Shown here piece after piece: positions 1 through 9,182 of a stretch of DNA of 55,492 nucleotides (position 1 is the first letter of the stretch; each line of letters starts with the position of its first letter). A program made the position numbers and the translations under genes. Origin of the DNA: Planctomycetota bacterium (GTDB taxonomy: Bacteria > Planctomycetota > UBA1135 > UBA2386). The notes beneath the pieces were generated by a model. That model was not told the origin of the DNA, ran no database searches, and saw only the letters and a program-made list of their open reading frames with translations. The DNA lies in assembly GCA_947501605.1 (NCBI GenBank), contig CANMWZ010000027.1, positions 1-55,492 of the forward strand. The letters run 5' to 3'.

Positions 1-252
1 CAGGTCGCACTCGCCGATTCGCTCTATGCCGAGTTGAAGGCCGCCGGCGTCGACGTCTGCCTCGATGACCGCGCGTTGAGCCCCGGCGCGAAGTTCAAGG
101 ACCTCGAACTGATCGGCATCCCCGTGCAGGTCTTCGTCGGCCGCAAGGCGGCAGAGGGCGGGGTCGAGTTTCTCGTGCGCAAGGGCATGCAGAAGAGCGA
201 GTGCAGCGCCAGCGAAGTGAAGCAGAAGGTGCTCGCGGCGCTGCAGCGCTGA
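1..252 (+). CDS. proS: Prolyl-tRNA synthetase, C-terminal anticodon-binding domain (5'-truncated by window edge)
   Basis: Frame is open from base 1: QVALADSLYAELKAAGVDVCLDDRALSPGAKFKDLELIGIP, matching the HGTP anticodon-binding motif (LDDR..spG.KF.D.ELIGIP) of ProRS. Confidence 0.85.
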   Translation, partial: QVALADSLYAELKAAGVDVCLDDRALSPGAKFKDLELIGIPVQVFVGRKAAEGGVEFLVRKGMQKSECSASEVKQKVLAALQR

Positions 253-529
253 GTCGCCCGCTGTCGGGTGGGGGACGACCGCACTTCGACGCAGCGCGAG
301 TCGGCCCCAATCCCGAAGTCGGCGCGGCATGGTGCGAAGGCTGTGCACGGTGCGCCGTCGCCCACAACTCGTTCACCGCTCTCCGCTGCACGGTGAGCCG
401 TAGTCATTACGCGCTCGACCGCGGAATGCGCGCGTTCCGCCGCGCAAATCGGGGCTTTCGCGAATCGGCGGCATCTGCATAGTGAGTCCTAGTCTTGTGT
501 GCAGTGCCCTCGCCGGCATCGCCCTTATC

Positions 530-1078
530 TTGGACTCAAAGAACGTATTCGAAATCCTTGTGCGCGAGCACATCTCGTCGGTGAGCGCATTCTTGCTGTC
601 CTCCGTGCGCAATGCGGCGCAGGCCGAGGATCTCGTGCAAGAAGCCTTCTTGACCGCGTGGTCCAATCTTGCCCGCTATGACCGCACCCTGCCGTTCGGG
701 CCCTGGGTGCGCGGAATTGCCTGTCGTCTGCTCTGGAACCACCGCCGCAAGCTTGGTCGCTCGCGCGTGACGTTCCTCGAAGACGACGACCTTCAGGCGC
801 TCGAAGGGCAGTTCACTCGGTTCGATCGCGTTGTCGGTGACACCCTGGTCGACAAGGTCGATGCGCTCCGCAGCGGGATGCAGCGACTGACCGATCTGCA
901 GCGCCAGGTCATCGACCTGCACTACGAACACAATCTGCCATGTGCCGAGATCGCTACGCGCCTCGGCATCGGCTCCGAATCGGTGAAGAAGCACCTCCAG
1001 CGCGGGCGTGCCGCGCTGCTCCGCGAAATGGATCGTAGACTGGAGGAGCCAGCCTTGCCGATGCGCAAGGAAGCTTGA
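530..1078 (+). CDS. ECF (sigma-70 group 4) RNA polymerase sigma factor
   Basis: Region 2 AEDLVQEAFLTAW..L..YD...PF.PW.RGIA and region 4 LTDLQRQVIDLHY...EIATRLG...ESVKKHLQRGR; likely TTG start at 530 (ORF open from 482). Confidence 0.92.
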   Translation: MDSKNVFEILVREHISSVSAFLLSSVRNAAQAEDLVQEAFLTAWSNLARYDRTLPFGPWVRGIACRLLWNHRRKLGRSRVTFLEDDDLQALEGQFTRFDRVVGDTLVDKVDALRSGMQRLTDLQRQVIDLHYEHNLPCAEIATRLGIGSESVKKHLQRGRAALLREMDRRLEEPALPMRKEA

Positions 1079-1085
1079 ACATCCC

Positions 1086-2003
1086 ATGCATCAGGAACCC
1101 CTCACTTCCTGGTCGAGCGAGGATGATTGGAACGAAGAGGCGCTGCGCGCTGCACCCGACGATCCGTCGGGGTGGCTAGCAGAACAGTGTTTTGTGCACG
1201 GCGTGCTCCGCGCTGCGCATCAACACACCGAAGCCGCGAATGCGGCTCGCATCTCGTCGATCATGGCTGCTATCGACCGTCCTGCAGCGTCCCGCCATCG
1301 CTGGACCAAGGTCGCGGCGGCGGCTTTGGTGCTGTGCGCCTTGGCGTGGCCGGTGCTCTTCGTCGAACACCTGCCCGAGGCCAGGGCCTCGGTGCTGCGA
1401 GGCGCTCGTTTGCTCGACGATGGCGATCGCCGGTTCTCCGTCGAAGCCATCGGCGTCTCGGACCATGGCATTGGCCAGAACCACCAGGTGTTCCAACTGA
1501 CCGCGAGACCAGGCAATCGCTTTGTGGTCATCGGCTCGCTCGACCTCGGCCCGATCCGGTTCGCGGCGATGCGCTTTGGCTGCGATGGCCAAGAGGTCTG
1601 GTTTCATTCGTTCGGGGACTCGGGCGAACTCGCCGAAGTGAAGCGAGCGGGCCCCCTGGAAGAGGCCCCGTCGCTCCTGCGCGGCATTGGCAACGTGCTC
1701 GATCTCGGGTTGCTCGACGTGCACCGGTTTGTCACGGAGATGCCGCGAGAGTTCCACCCGAAGACGTGCGGACGCATCGTCGACGAGGACGGCCAGAAGC
1801 TGCTGCACATCGAAGCGACTGGCGGACCCAAGCGGCCAGGCTTTCACCTGCAACGCGCCGACCTCAACTGCTGCGAGCAGACGGGCTGCATCGTGCGACT
1901 GGAAGTGCAGGCGGACGACGGCCTCGGCCGCACGCAACGCCTCAACTTCGTCGACCAGGGCGCGCTGGCAGTCGACGGGAGCATCTACAAGCGGCCTTGG
2001 TGA
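1086..2003 (+). CDS. Putative anti-sigma factor (single TM, extracytoplasmic beta-rich domain)
   Basis: Starts 7 nt after the sigma stop; short cytoplasmic N-terminus, hydrophobic helix WTKVAAAALVLCALAWPVLFV, then about 200 aa of soluble domain. Confidence 0.6.
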   Translation: MHQEPLTSWSSEDDWNEEALRAAPDDPSGWLAEQCFVHGVLRAAHQHTEAANAARISSIMAAIDRPAASRHRWTKVAAAALVLCALAWPVLFVEHLPEARASVLRGARLLDDGDRRFSVEAIGVSDHGIGQNHQVFQLTARPGNRFVVIGSLDLGPIRFAAMRFGCDGQEVWFHSFGDSGELAEVKRAGPLEEAPSLLRGIGNVLDLGLLDVHRFVTEMPREFHPKTCGRIVDEDGQKLLHIEATGGPKRPGFHLQRADLNCCEQTGCIVRLEVQADDGLGRTQRLNFVDQGALAVDGSIYKRPW

Positions 2004-2074
2004 ACAGCACTGGCGCGGGTCTATGATCCGCCGCCGTCGCGACGCTGGAACACCGGACTCGCGCGTCCCCGCTG

Positions 2075-5000
2075 TTGACCGATCCACCTCCTGAGCTCGC
2101 GCAGCTGCGCGAACTGCTTCACGCGAGCGCCGCGCCGCTCGAAGTCCGCGCCGAGTTGCGCCGGTTGCGGTTGCTCGTCGCTGGCGACGACGCGTTGGCG
2201 GCCGAACTGATCGACGCCGAAGCCCGGTGGTTGCTGCGGTTGGCCTCGCGCCGGCGGTTGTCGGCGACCTTCACAGAGGCGCCGATGGCGGCTGTCCGTG
2301 CCTTACGGGCTCGCAACTGCCGACAAGCACCCGCCACCGACGTCGATGCGCTGTTCGAGCTGGCGGCGACCGCGGCCGAGCTGCGCGTCGGGTTGGATCT
2401 CGATGGGGCCGAGGCCTTGCAACAAGCGCTGCGCGAACGTGCCGCCCTGATGTCCGACGAGGTGGCGCTGTGCCAGGAGGCCGACGAGCGGTGGGCGGCG
2501 CAGGGAGGCGGCGACGACGACCGACCGCTGTTGCTGCAGGCCGCCGTTCTACGCGGGACCGCGGCGCTGCTCGACGGGCTCGGCGCGCGCCTGCAGAGCC
2601 AGAAGCTCCGCCGCCGGGCGCGCCGCTCGCGCTGTGCTGCCGACGATCGCGAACTGCAAGGCCGGCTCGAGTCGCTGCTAGGGGGCCGTGGCGTGGTGCT
2701 GCTCGAGACCACGAGCTTTGGCTTGCTCGTGATCGTCGTCGGGTTGCTGGTCTTGCAGAGCGTGCTGCCGTTAGGGGACGCGACCTTGCGCGCGATGAAC
2801 GCCATCGATGCCGTCGCTGGTTGCTGGTTTGTGCTCGAGTTCGCCTTGAAGCTCGGGCTCGCGCCACGACGCGTGTCTTGGTTCTGCCGCAATGCGCTGA
2901 CCGATCTGCTCCCGGCTCTGCCGGCAGTCCTGTTCTTGCTGCCGGCACCGTCGTTGCCCGGTGGTGCGCAAGATGCCGTCGCGCTTCGAGTCTTGCGGTT
3001 CTTCCGCATGACTTCGGCGGCGCGCTACGTGCAGGCGTTGCGGCCGCTGCTGCGGTCGGTGCGGCTTGTGTTGCTACTGGTGCGCGGCATGGATGGGACC
3101 GTGCGACGCTTCCGCGACGTGCTCGATCGGACCTTCGTCTTCTTGGCCGTCCCGGTGCGCGAGTCGGTTGCCGTCGAGAGCCGCCGCGATGTGCTGTTCG
3201 CGGCACTGCATCGCGAGCAGACGCTGTTTGCAGCACTTCCGGCCGAGGCTCAAGACGAACTGCTGCGGCTGAATCTCGGCGAGATCGCGACGCGAGCCAG
3301 CGCGCTGCCAGGCCGTTGGTCCGAGCCCGATGCCAGGAGTGGCACTCGTGACATCGCCGTGGATTCGGCGTGCGAGTTCTTGTGGACGCTGCGACCTCAC
3401 GATGTCGAGCGCTATTTGGGGCCAGCCGACGTGCGCGCGATCGATCGCATCGTTCGGGTGTTGCGCATCCCGCCGCTCGGGTGGTTGCCGATCTTGCGCC
3501 GATTTCGTGTGCACCAACGACTGGAGACGGCGGAGGAGCGCATCGTCGCGTTCGGACGTCGTATCGCCGACTGGCTGATGAGCTGGCAGGAACGGCTGCA
3601 GTTCTTCGCTGACCTGCATGGGATCGTGACCGGGCCGCAGATCCTCGATCGCGTGGCCAGCGCGATGGTCAAGGCGAGCCAGCGCCCAGCGGTCCGGCTC
3701 CTGCTGTTCGGCGGCCTGTTCGCCGTGCTCAATCTGTTTTGGGAAGAGAACTGTCTGTCCACCATTGTCGGGTTGCCGCTGCTGCGGCTCGGCAGCGTCT
3801 GCCTCGTGCTGCTGGCGACTGGCTGGTGGCTGAAGCGCATCGCCGGCGATGCCAGCGAGACCTATCGCCTCACGAGTGAGGCTCATTTCGTCGCGCTGCT
3901 AGGGCTCGTGAAGCAGCGGCACGAGGCAGAAGATGTCGAGTTTCTCGCGCGACGAACGATCGCAGACGCGGCCATCGGCGACACACCCGGACTGTTGCGC
4001 CACCAGTTGGCGAACACACGCGCCGGCGTGCCCGTCGACGTCGGTGGCTTCGATGAGCGCGAGGAACAACTCGCGAGTCGCGTGGCGCTGCTCTACCTCC
4101 ACTTCTTGGGCGGCGCGCTGCTGCACAAGAGTGACGTCAAGACCACCGAGCAGTTGCTGGCAAACCTGTCGCTGGAGAGTCTGCGCTACGCGCATCTGGG
4201 CTTTACCCGCAGGGACAAGCAACGCTTGCGTCGATTGCGCCTTGACGACGGCTCCGTTCTGCGCGGGCCATTTCTCTGGTTCCGCTTCATCACCGAGTCG
4301 ATCGCCGTCGAGACCAGCAAGCGCATCCTGGAGTACAACCGCCGCTGCGTGCCGCTTTTGGAGCGCGCGATGCTGTCGCCGCAGCGCCAGCAAGCACTCG
4401 TCGATTGGCTGCAGCAGCGATGCGAATCACGCGCGGGGCGGACGATCGAGCGACTTCCGGCTCCGGGGTCTGGCACGCGCTTTGGCACGACGGAGTTCCA
4501 TGCCTTGCACTTCCTCACCGCGGATCAAGAGCGCGATGCGCACGTCGAAGCGCTGTTTGGAACCGAAGTGCTCAGGGCCTTGCGCGCGGATCGCCGCAAC
4601 ATGGTGCGCGCGATCTTCGGCATGCGCTCGGCGCAACAACTGGCTGGATCGACGCGGACCTTCAACGCTTGGCAGACCTACTGGGCGCGCCTGTCGCATG
4701 GCCGCATCCTGCTGTTGCCGATCCTGCTGCCGGCACGGGCGCTGCGTCTGCTGGTCTGGGTCGTTGCCCGCATCCGGCAGATCGTCCGCGAGGTGCTCGC
4801 GCCTCAGCTCGAGATGCGCCGTCGTGAAGACGCCGTTACGACCTTCTCCGTGGCGCTCCGCAAGATCCACCGCATGAAGGCCCCGGGTCTGCTGGAGGCC
4901 ATTTCGATGCGCCTCGACGTCGACCCGGTCTACAGCGGTGCTGCCGCTGCGTTTGGTGAGGCGCAAGCCGGAGAACCGGTCGAGCTGCAGCGAGACCTCG

Positions 5001-5650
5001 ACTTCTTGCTGCTGCACGAACGCGAGCGTGCGACGTTCTTGGCTGCAGCGGAGCGCAATCGCGAACAGGTGGCACGGTTGCATGCGGCGTTGCAGTGGTT
5101 GCCTCAGATTGGCGATCCGGACGCCTCGGCGGCGGCGAAGAACGACGGCGAGCTGGCGGTGACGATTGCATGGATCACCGATCGCGAGCGCGTGCGCACG
5201 CTGACTTCGGCGGAGGCCTTCCGGGTCATGGAGTTGCCCGGCATCCTCGCCGGCGAAGGCGATGTGCGGCTGCTCCGTCGCGTAGCCTGGTGGGTGTGCG
5301 ACCTGGTCTCGGCGCATCCGGTCGATCGGTGGTTGATCCAGCAGCGCATTCCTGTCTCGCGCCGAGGTGCGCGTCGATTGCGTGCCGCGTGGTTGCGCGA
5401 CAGTGGCGTCCGCGCCGTCATCCAGGCGTGGAACGAACTCGATCCCGGCGCTGACCCGGTGGCCGTAGCTGCCGGGCGCTTCCGCGAGATCTGGCGCCAG
5501 GGTGCCGAAGTGCGCCGCCAGTTGGTCTCGTTGCGCGCCATTCAGTCGTTGTCGGTGCTGGACATTCGCAACTACCGAGCCCTCGTGTTCGACCTCGGGG
5601 CCTACGCCGAAGATGGCGAGGATCCGTCACTTGCCCGCAATCTGCCGTGA
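2075..5650 (+). CDS. Large membrane protein with an ion-transport (S1-S4 voltage-sensor-like) domain
   Basis: S2 IDAVAGCWFVLEFALKL, S3 WFCRNALTDLLPALP, S4 ALRVLRFFR...ALRPLLRSVRL; long ORF filling the gap with coding-like bias. Confidence 0.75.
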   Translation: MTDPPPELAQLRELLHASAAPLEVRAELRRLRLLVAGDDALAAELIDAEARWLLRLASRRRLSATFTEAPMAAVRALRARNCRQAPATDVDALFELAATAAELRVGLDLDGAEALQQALRERAALMSDEVALCQEADERWAAQGGGDDDRPLLLQAAVLRGTAALLDGLGARLQSQKLRRRARRSRCAADDRELQGRLESLLGGRGVVLLETTSFGLLVIVVGLLVLQSVLPLGDATLRAMNAIDAVAGCWFVLEFALKLGLAPRRVSWFCRNALTDLLPALPAVLFLLPAPSLPGGAQDAVALRVLRFFRMTSAARYVQALRPLLRSVRLVLLLVRGMDGTVRRFRDVLDRTFVFLAVPVRESVAVESRRDVLFAALHREQTLFAALPAEAQDELLRLNLGEIATRASALPGRWSEPDARSGTRDIAVDSACEFLWTLRPHDVERYLGPADVRAIDRIVRVLRIPPLGWLPILRRFRVHQRLETAEERIVAFGRRIADWLMSWQERLQFFADLHGIVTGPQILDRVASAMVKASQRPAVRLLLFGGLFAVLNLFWEENCLSTIVGLPLLRLGSVCLVLLATGWWLKRIAGDASETYRLTSEAHFVALLGLVKQRHEAEDVEFLARRTIADAAIGDTPGLLRHQLANTRAGVPVDVGGFDEREEQLASRVALLYLHFLGGALLHKSDVKTTEQLLANLSLESLRYAHLGFTRRDKQRLRRLRLDDGSVLRGPFLWFRFITESIAVETSKRILEYNRRCVPLLERAMLSPQRQQALVDWLQQRCESRAGRTIERLPAPGSGTRFGTTEFHALHFLTADQERDAHVEALFGTEVLRALRADRRNMVRAIFGMRSAQQLAGSTRTFNAWQTYWARLSHGRILLLPILLPARALRLLVWVVARIRQIVREVLAPQLEMRRREDAVTTFSVALRKIHRMKAPGLLEAISMRLDVDPVYSGAAAAFGEAQAGEPVELQRDLDFLLLHERERATFLAAAERNREQVARLHAALQWLPQIGDPDASAAAKNDGELAVTIAWITDRERVRTLTSAEAFRVMELPGILAGEGDVRLLRRVAWWVCDLVSAHPVDRWLIQQRIPVSRRGARRLRAAWLRDSGVRAVIQAWNELDPGADPVAVAAGRFREIWRQGAEVRRQLVSLRAIQSLSVLDIRNYRALVFDLGAYAEDGEDPSLARNLP

Positions 5651-5681
5651 CCAAGCAGCCGCGGCAGTGGGAAAGGAGCGA

Positions 5682-6890
5682 TCAGAGCGGCGGTATCGGC
5701 AGCGTCGTTCTTGGTGCGGCTGCCACGCCGGTCCGCCACGCCTGCAGTTCCTCGAACGTCGCGTGAGGTGCCAGACGCGCGACCTTCGAGAGCAGCAGGC
5801 GCGCGTGTCCCGATGTCTCGCGCAGTTCCTCGTCCGGGTCCTCGTCGGCACTCGCGAGCACGAGCATCTCGTCGAGACCGGCGACATCGCCCGCTGCGAT
5901 CCGGAGTCGTGCGAGGTGGTACTGGAGGATCGGCGCGAAAGCCGCGCTCTGAGTCGGGATCCCGTCGCGAGCGCCGACCAGTTCGAGGCAGTAGAGGGCG
6001 CGCGCGCGGCGCGGCACGGAATCGGTGCCCAGCGCTACTTCCCAGAGCGCAGTCCGGATCTTCGGCGACTCGGCGTAGCGCTTCAGTGCCGGAGCCAGTC
6101 GATCGATACCGGCCGCATCGGCGATGTCGATGCGGTCGAGCAGCGCAGCGAGGCCCTGTTCGCTCGGCGGCACGCGACCGAGCAACGCAGCAATCGCTGC
6201 ATCGTCCGGGAAGTCGTCGACGAGGGCGAGGAGTGTCGGGACGTGTTCCTCGGCGAGTTCGAGCGGCATGGCGGCGAAGGCCAGCTGTCGCACCTTGCGC
6301 TCTTCGGAGCGTAGGGTCGAGAGTATCGACCCCGTGAGTTCGAGTGGCAGGGCTGCGCGGGCCAGAACCATCTTCAGCGCCGCCTCGACGATCTGAGGTT
6401 CGTCGTTGTCGAGCATGGCTTCGAGCTCGCTGGCCGGCCATGGCTCGAGTGTGTCGATGGCCAGCAGGGCGGCGACGCGGGCCGCGCCCTTGGTCTGCGG
6501 CAGAGCGTTCTGCAGCGCATCGATCGAACCTTCGACCGGCAGATCCGCAGCGAGGGCCGCAGCGCCCGGGAACAGCGCGTTCGCTGGCTGGCCGAGAACG
6601 GTGAGTGTGGCCGGACCGAGCGTGGCGATATGCAGGCGCGCGTGTTCGAGCAGCATGCGATGTTGACCTGGCACGAGGCAGGTGCGGCGTCGATCGAGCA
6701 CTGCGCGCAGCTGTCGAATGGCCGAGGGCTCGTTGGTTGCGAGCGCTGCTTTCGGCTGGCGCTGCGTCTCGCGCAGCAGCGTCACCCCGGCCGTGGCCAT
6801 GGCGAGCAAGGCGATGCCGAACCCGGCGCGACGCGTCCACCGTTCGCGCGCGTAGCGAGCCGCCCTGAGTCTGGTGGTTGCCGTGCGCAT
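5682..6890 (-). CDS. Membrane-anchored HEAT-repeat-like protein
   Basis: ATG at 6890 abuts the upstream stop at 6892; N-terminal TM AGFGIALLAMATAGVTLL; HEAT-like units (LDNDEPQIVEAAL, LRSEERKVRQLAF, DEDPDEELRE). Confidence 0.65.
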   Translation of the reverse strand: MRTATTRLRAARYARERWTRRAGFGIALLAMATAGVTLLRETQRQPKAALATNEPSAIRQLRAVLDRRRTCLVPGQHRMLLEHARLHIATLGPATLTVLGQPANALFPGAAALAADLPVEGSIDALQNALPQTKGAARVAALLAIDTLEPWPASELEAMLDNDEPQIVEAALKMVLARAALPLELTGSILSTLRSEERKVRQLAFAAMPLELAEEHVPTLLALVDDFPDDAAIAALLGRVPPSEQGLAALLDRIDIADAAGIDRLAPALKRYAESPKIRTALWEVALGTDSVPRRARALYCLELVGARDGIPTQSAAFAPILQYHLARLRIAAGDVAGLDEMLVLASADEDPDEELRETSGHARLLLSKVARLAPHATFEELQAWRTGVAAAPRTTLPIPPL

Positions 6891-6891
6891 T

Positions 6892-7989
6892 TCAGTTGTT
6901 GGTCGAGATCTCTTGCCAGCCGTTGAACGCCACGTAGCGGCCGGTGAGGTTGGCGGCGAGGATCGTGCCCGCCTCCGAGTAGCGCAGGTCGACATTGCCG
7001 GTCATCGTCAGTTGGGGGCTGGCGAGTCCCGCCAATACGCCACCGTGGACCTGCACGTTGCCCGTCGCTGCTTCGACGGTGCCGGTGCAGACGATGACTC
7101 CGTACCAGCGAAATGTTCCTGCCATGCGCAGAGTCCCGTTCACGACCAACAGGCCATATCCCGTCGAGTTGCCCTGGATGCGGACGTCGCCTTCACGGTA
7201 GGCGATCACCGGCGAGGTCGAGGTTCCGTAGTTCACCGAGCTGACGGTCGAGTTGGTGATGACGACGCTGGCGCTGTTGCGCGCGAAGTCGACGATCTGC
7301 TGCACGTCGATTGGAGCTGCTACGCCGATGCTCGGTGTTACGCCGACTCCCGTCACCTTGGTCCGTTCGGCACCGACGAGTTGTGCATTGAGTTGCGCCA
7401 GAGTTCCGGGTGGCGTCATTGCCATACCGAAAGTGTTCCCCGAGCCCACCAGGGTGCCGTTCAGCGCGTAGTTGTTGCCTCGGGCAATGCCGCTGCCACT
7501 GACGGTGATGACGGATGCGGGGTTCGTGATCGTGACCGCGGCTTCGAGCTCTGGCAGATACGACGAGAACCCCAGGTAGGCCGCGACGCGGCGCTGGTTG
7601 GTTTGCGTGTTTCCTGTGCACGTCACGCGGAACACATCCTCGTCCGCCTCATCGACCGCGCCGTCGCCGTCGTTGTCGAGGCTATCGCCTTTCAGGTAGA
7701 CACAGTTGACGGTGAAGGTGCTGCCCCCGGTGAGGCTGCCCGAAAACGTGTACTGCCGACCGACGCCGGCGACCAGGGTGCCGCGGCGCGCCTCGTTGAG
7801 CGCGTAGTCGATGCCCGACTCGGCCGCGAACATCGCCTGCTCTTCGCGAATCTCGAGCCCGAGTCGCTGGTTGCGCTCGGTCATGGTCTGCAGGTAGCTG
7901 CCGATCACCAAGATCATCGGCACGAGCACGAGGACCAGAGCGATCGTCGCGAAGCCTGCCTCGTTCTCGCGTACGTTGCGTGCTTGCAT
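6892..7989 (-). CDS. PilX/GspK-like minor pilin with C-terminal beta-helix-like repeats
   Basis: EAG|FATIALVLVL leader lacking E+5; QAMFAAESGIDYAL PilX N-terminal motif; GxVxIxGN / GxLVVNGxL repeats. Confidence 0.75.
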   Translation of the reverse strand: MQARNVRENEAGFATIALVLVLVPMILVIGSYLQTMTERNQRLGLEIREEQAMFAAESGIDYALNEARRGTLVAGVGRQYTFSGSLTGGSTFTVNCVYLKGDSLDNDGDGAVDEADEDVFRVTCTGNTQTNQRRVAAYLGFSSYLPELEAAVTITNPASVITVSGSGIARGNNYALNGTLVGSGNTFGMAMTPPGTLAQLNAQLVGAERTKVTGVGVTPSIGVAAPIDVQQIVDFARNSASVVITNSTVSSVNYGTSTSPVIAYREGDVRIQGNSTGYGLLVVNGTLRMAGTFRWYGVIVCTGTVEAATGNVQVHGGVLAGLASPQLTMTGNVDLRYSEAGTILAANLTGRYVAFNGWQEISTNN

Positions 7990-8000
7990 GATGTCGGACC

Positions 8001-8615
8001 TCAGTTGTTGCGGAGGAAGAGCGTCTCGCGCGCGGTGAAGCGTTGCACCGATCCGTCGCGCGGCCGCGCGGCCGATCGCAGTTCGATCGTGAGCAGTCGA
8101 CCGGTCAGCGTGAACGTCGCAGCTTCGACGTTGTTGGCCATCGCGACGGGGATGCCGTCGTAGTCCATGATCAGTCGGGCTTCGTCGATGATCCCGTCGC
8201 CGTCGTCGTCGAGGTCGTTGTCGGTCTCGCCGTTCTCGAGCTGCAAGCGGAGGCTTCGGGCATCAGTGAGCAGCGCGGCGTTGAGCGATAGTTCGCCTGT
8301 GGCCGAGCGGAACTGGATCGACGGGCGTGGGTCGCCGTCGATGGGCTCCATCCACTCGTCCGCAGCGGTCGCGTAGAGCGGAACGTCGGCGGCGGTTGAC
8401 ATCACGCGGTAGCTCGAGATCGAGCACGGACGCATGACCTGGCTGACCCGCACGATCGAACGCTGGAGCGATTCCATCGCCACAGCGACCTTGTCGTCGA
8501 GGTTGAGGCTCGTCGTGGCGGCGCCGAGACAGGACGTGACCGCCGCCAGCACCATGGAAAGGAGCGAGGCGACGAGCATCAGTTCGACGAGAGTGAAGCC
8601 GGATTGACGGTTCAT
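8001..8615 (-). CDS. Prepilin-type N-methylation protein (PilW/GspJ-like minor pilin)
   Basis: MNRQSG|FTLVELMLVASLLSMVL class III signal peptide. Confidence 0.85.
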   Translation of the reverse strand: MNRQSGFTLVELMLVASLLSMVLAAVTSCLGAATTSLNLDDKVAVAMESLQRSIVRVSQVMRPCSISSYRVMSTAADVPLYATAADEWMEPIDGDPRPSIQFRSATGELSLNAALLTDARSLRLQLENGETDNDLDDDGDGIIDEARLIMDYDGIPVAMANNVEAATFTLTGRLLTIELRSAARPRDGSVQRFTARETLFLRNN

Positions 8616-9088
8616 CGCCGTTCTCCCATCAACGTCTGCATGGAGAAGTCGCCGCCGCGCGTGGCGCCGCGCCAGCGAACGCGGGCCGTCACGACGTAGA
8701 GTGCGTTGTTGACCTGCGACCTTGCGTGTGCCGTGACCGTCAACTGACCTGGCAGGCCGTCGGCATCGCCTTCGATCGGGGTCAGGCCCGTTGTCTGGCC
8801 GTTCTGTCCCGGGATTTCGAAGCCCTAGCCGTTCAACGTCGGCAGGGTCGCCATGTCGGCGTCACGCAGCGTCTCGAGCGTATTGCGACAGGCAGACATC
8901 GCGAGAATCAGTTCCCCGTGCATTCGCCGCTGCGCTTGGTGCTGGGCGACGCCGGTCATCGCGCCGCCGATCAAGAGCACGGCGATGACCATGCCGGTCA
9001 GCAGTTCGACGAGAGATACGCCGCTTTGCCTCGGAGCAGTTCCGGTGCTCGGCGACTCGAGAGCATCTGCAAGTGTGAGGATCGGCAT
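8612..9088 (-). pseudogene. PilV/GspI-like minor pilin interrupted by one in-frame TAG (8825-8827)
   Basis: QSG|VSLVELL leader; after TAG the same frame reads GFEIPGQNG...LYVVTARVRWRGATRGGDFSMQTLMGERR and ends in a TGA overlapping the next ATG (ATGA). Confidence 0.75.
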
Positions 9089-9182
9089 GGGCGCGCGGAT
9101 CACCCTTTGATCGACCATAAGTTTTCATGACTGAAGATTGGAACCCACCCGATCTCGTTACGAGAGCCCCAGGCAACTCCGT

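Noticed and set aside
8825..8827. Genome-wide TAG reassignment or pyrrolysine coding
   Set aside because: TAG ends other genes at plausible C-termini (dus 48985, integrase 53974, GT87 29087) and no pyl genes are in the window
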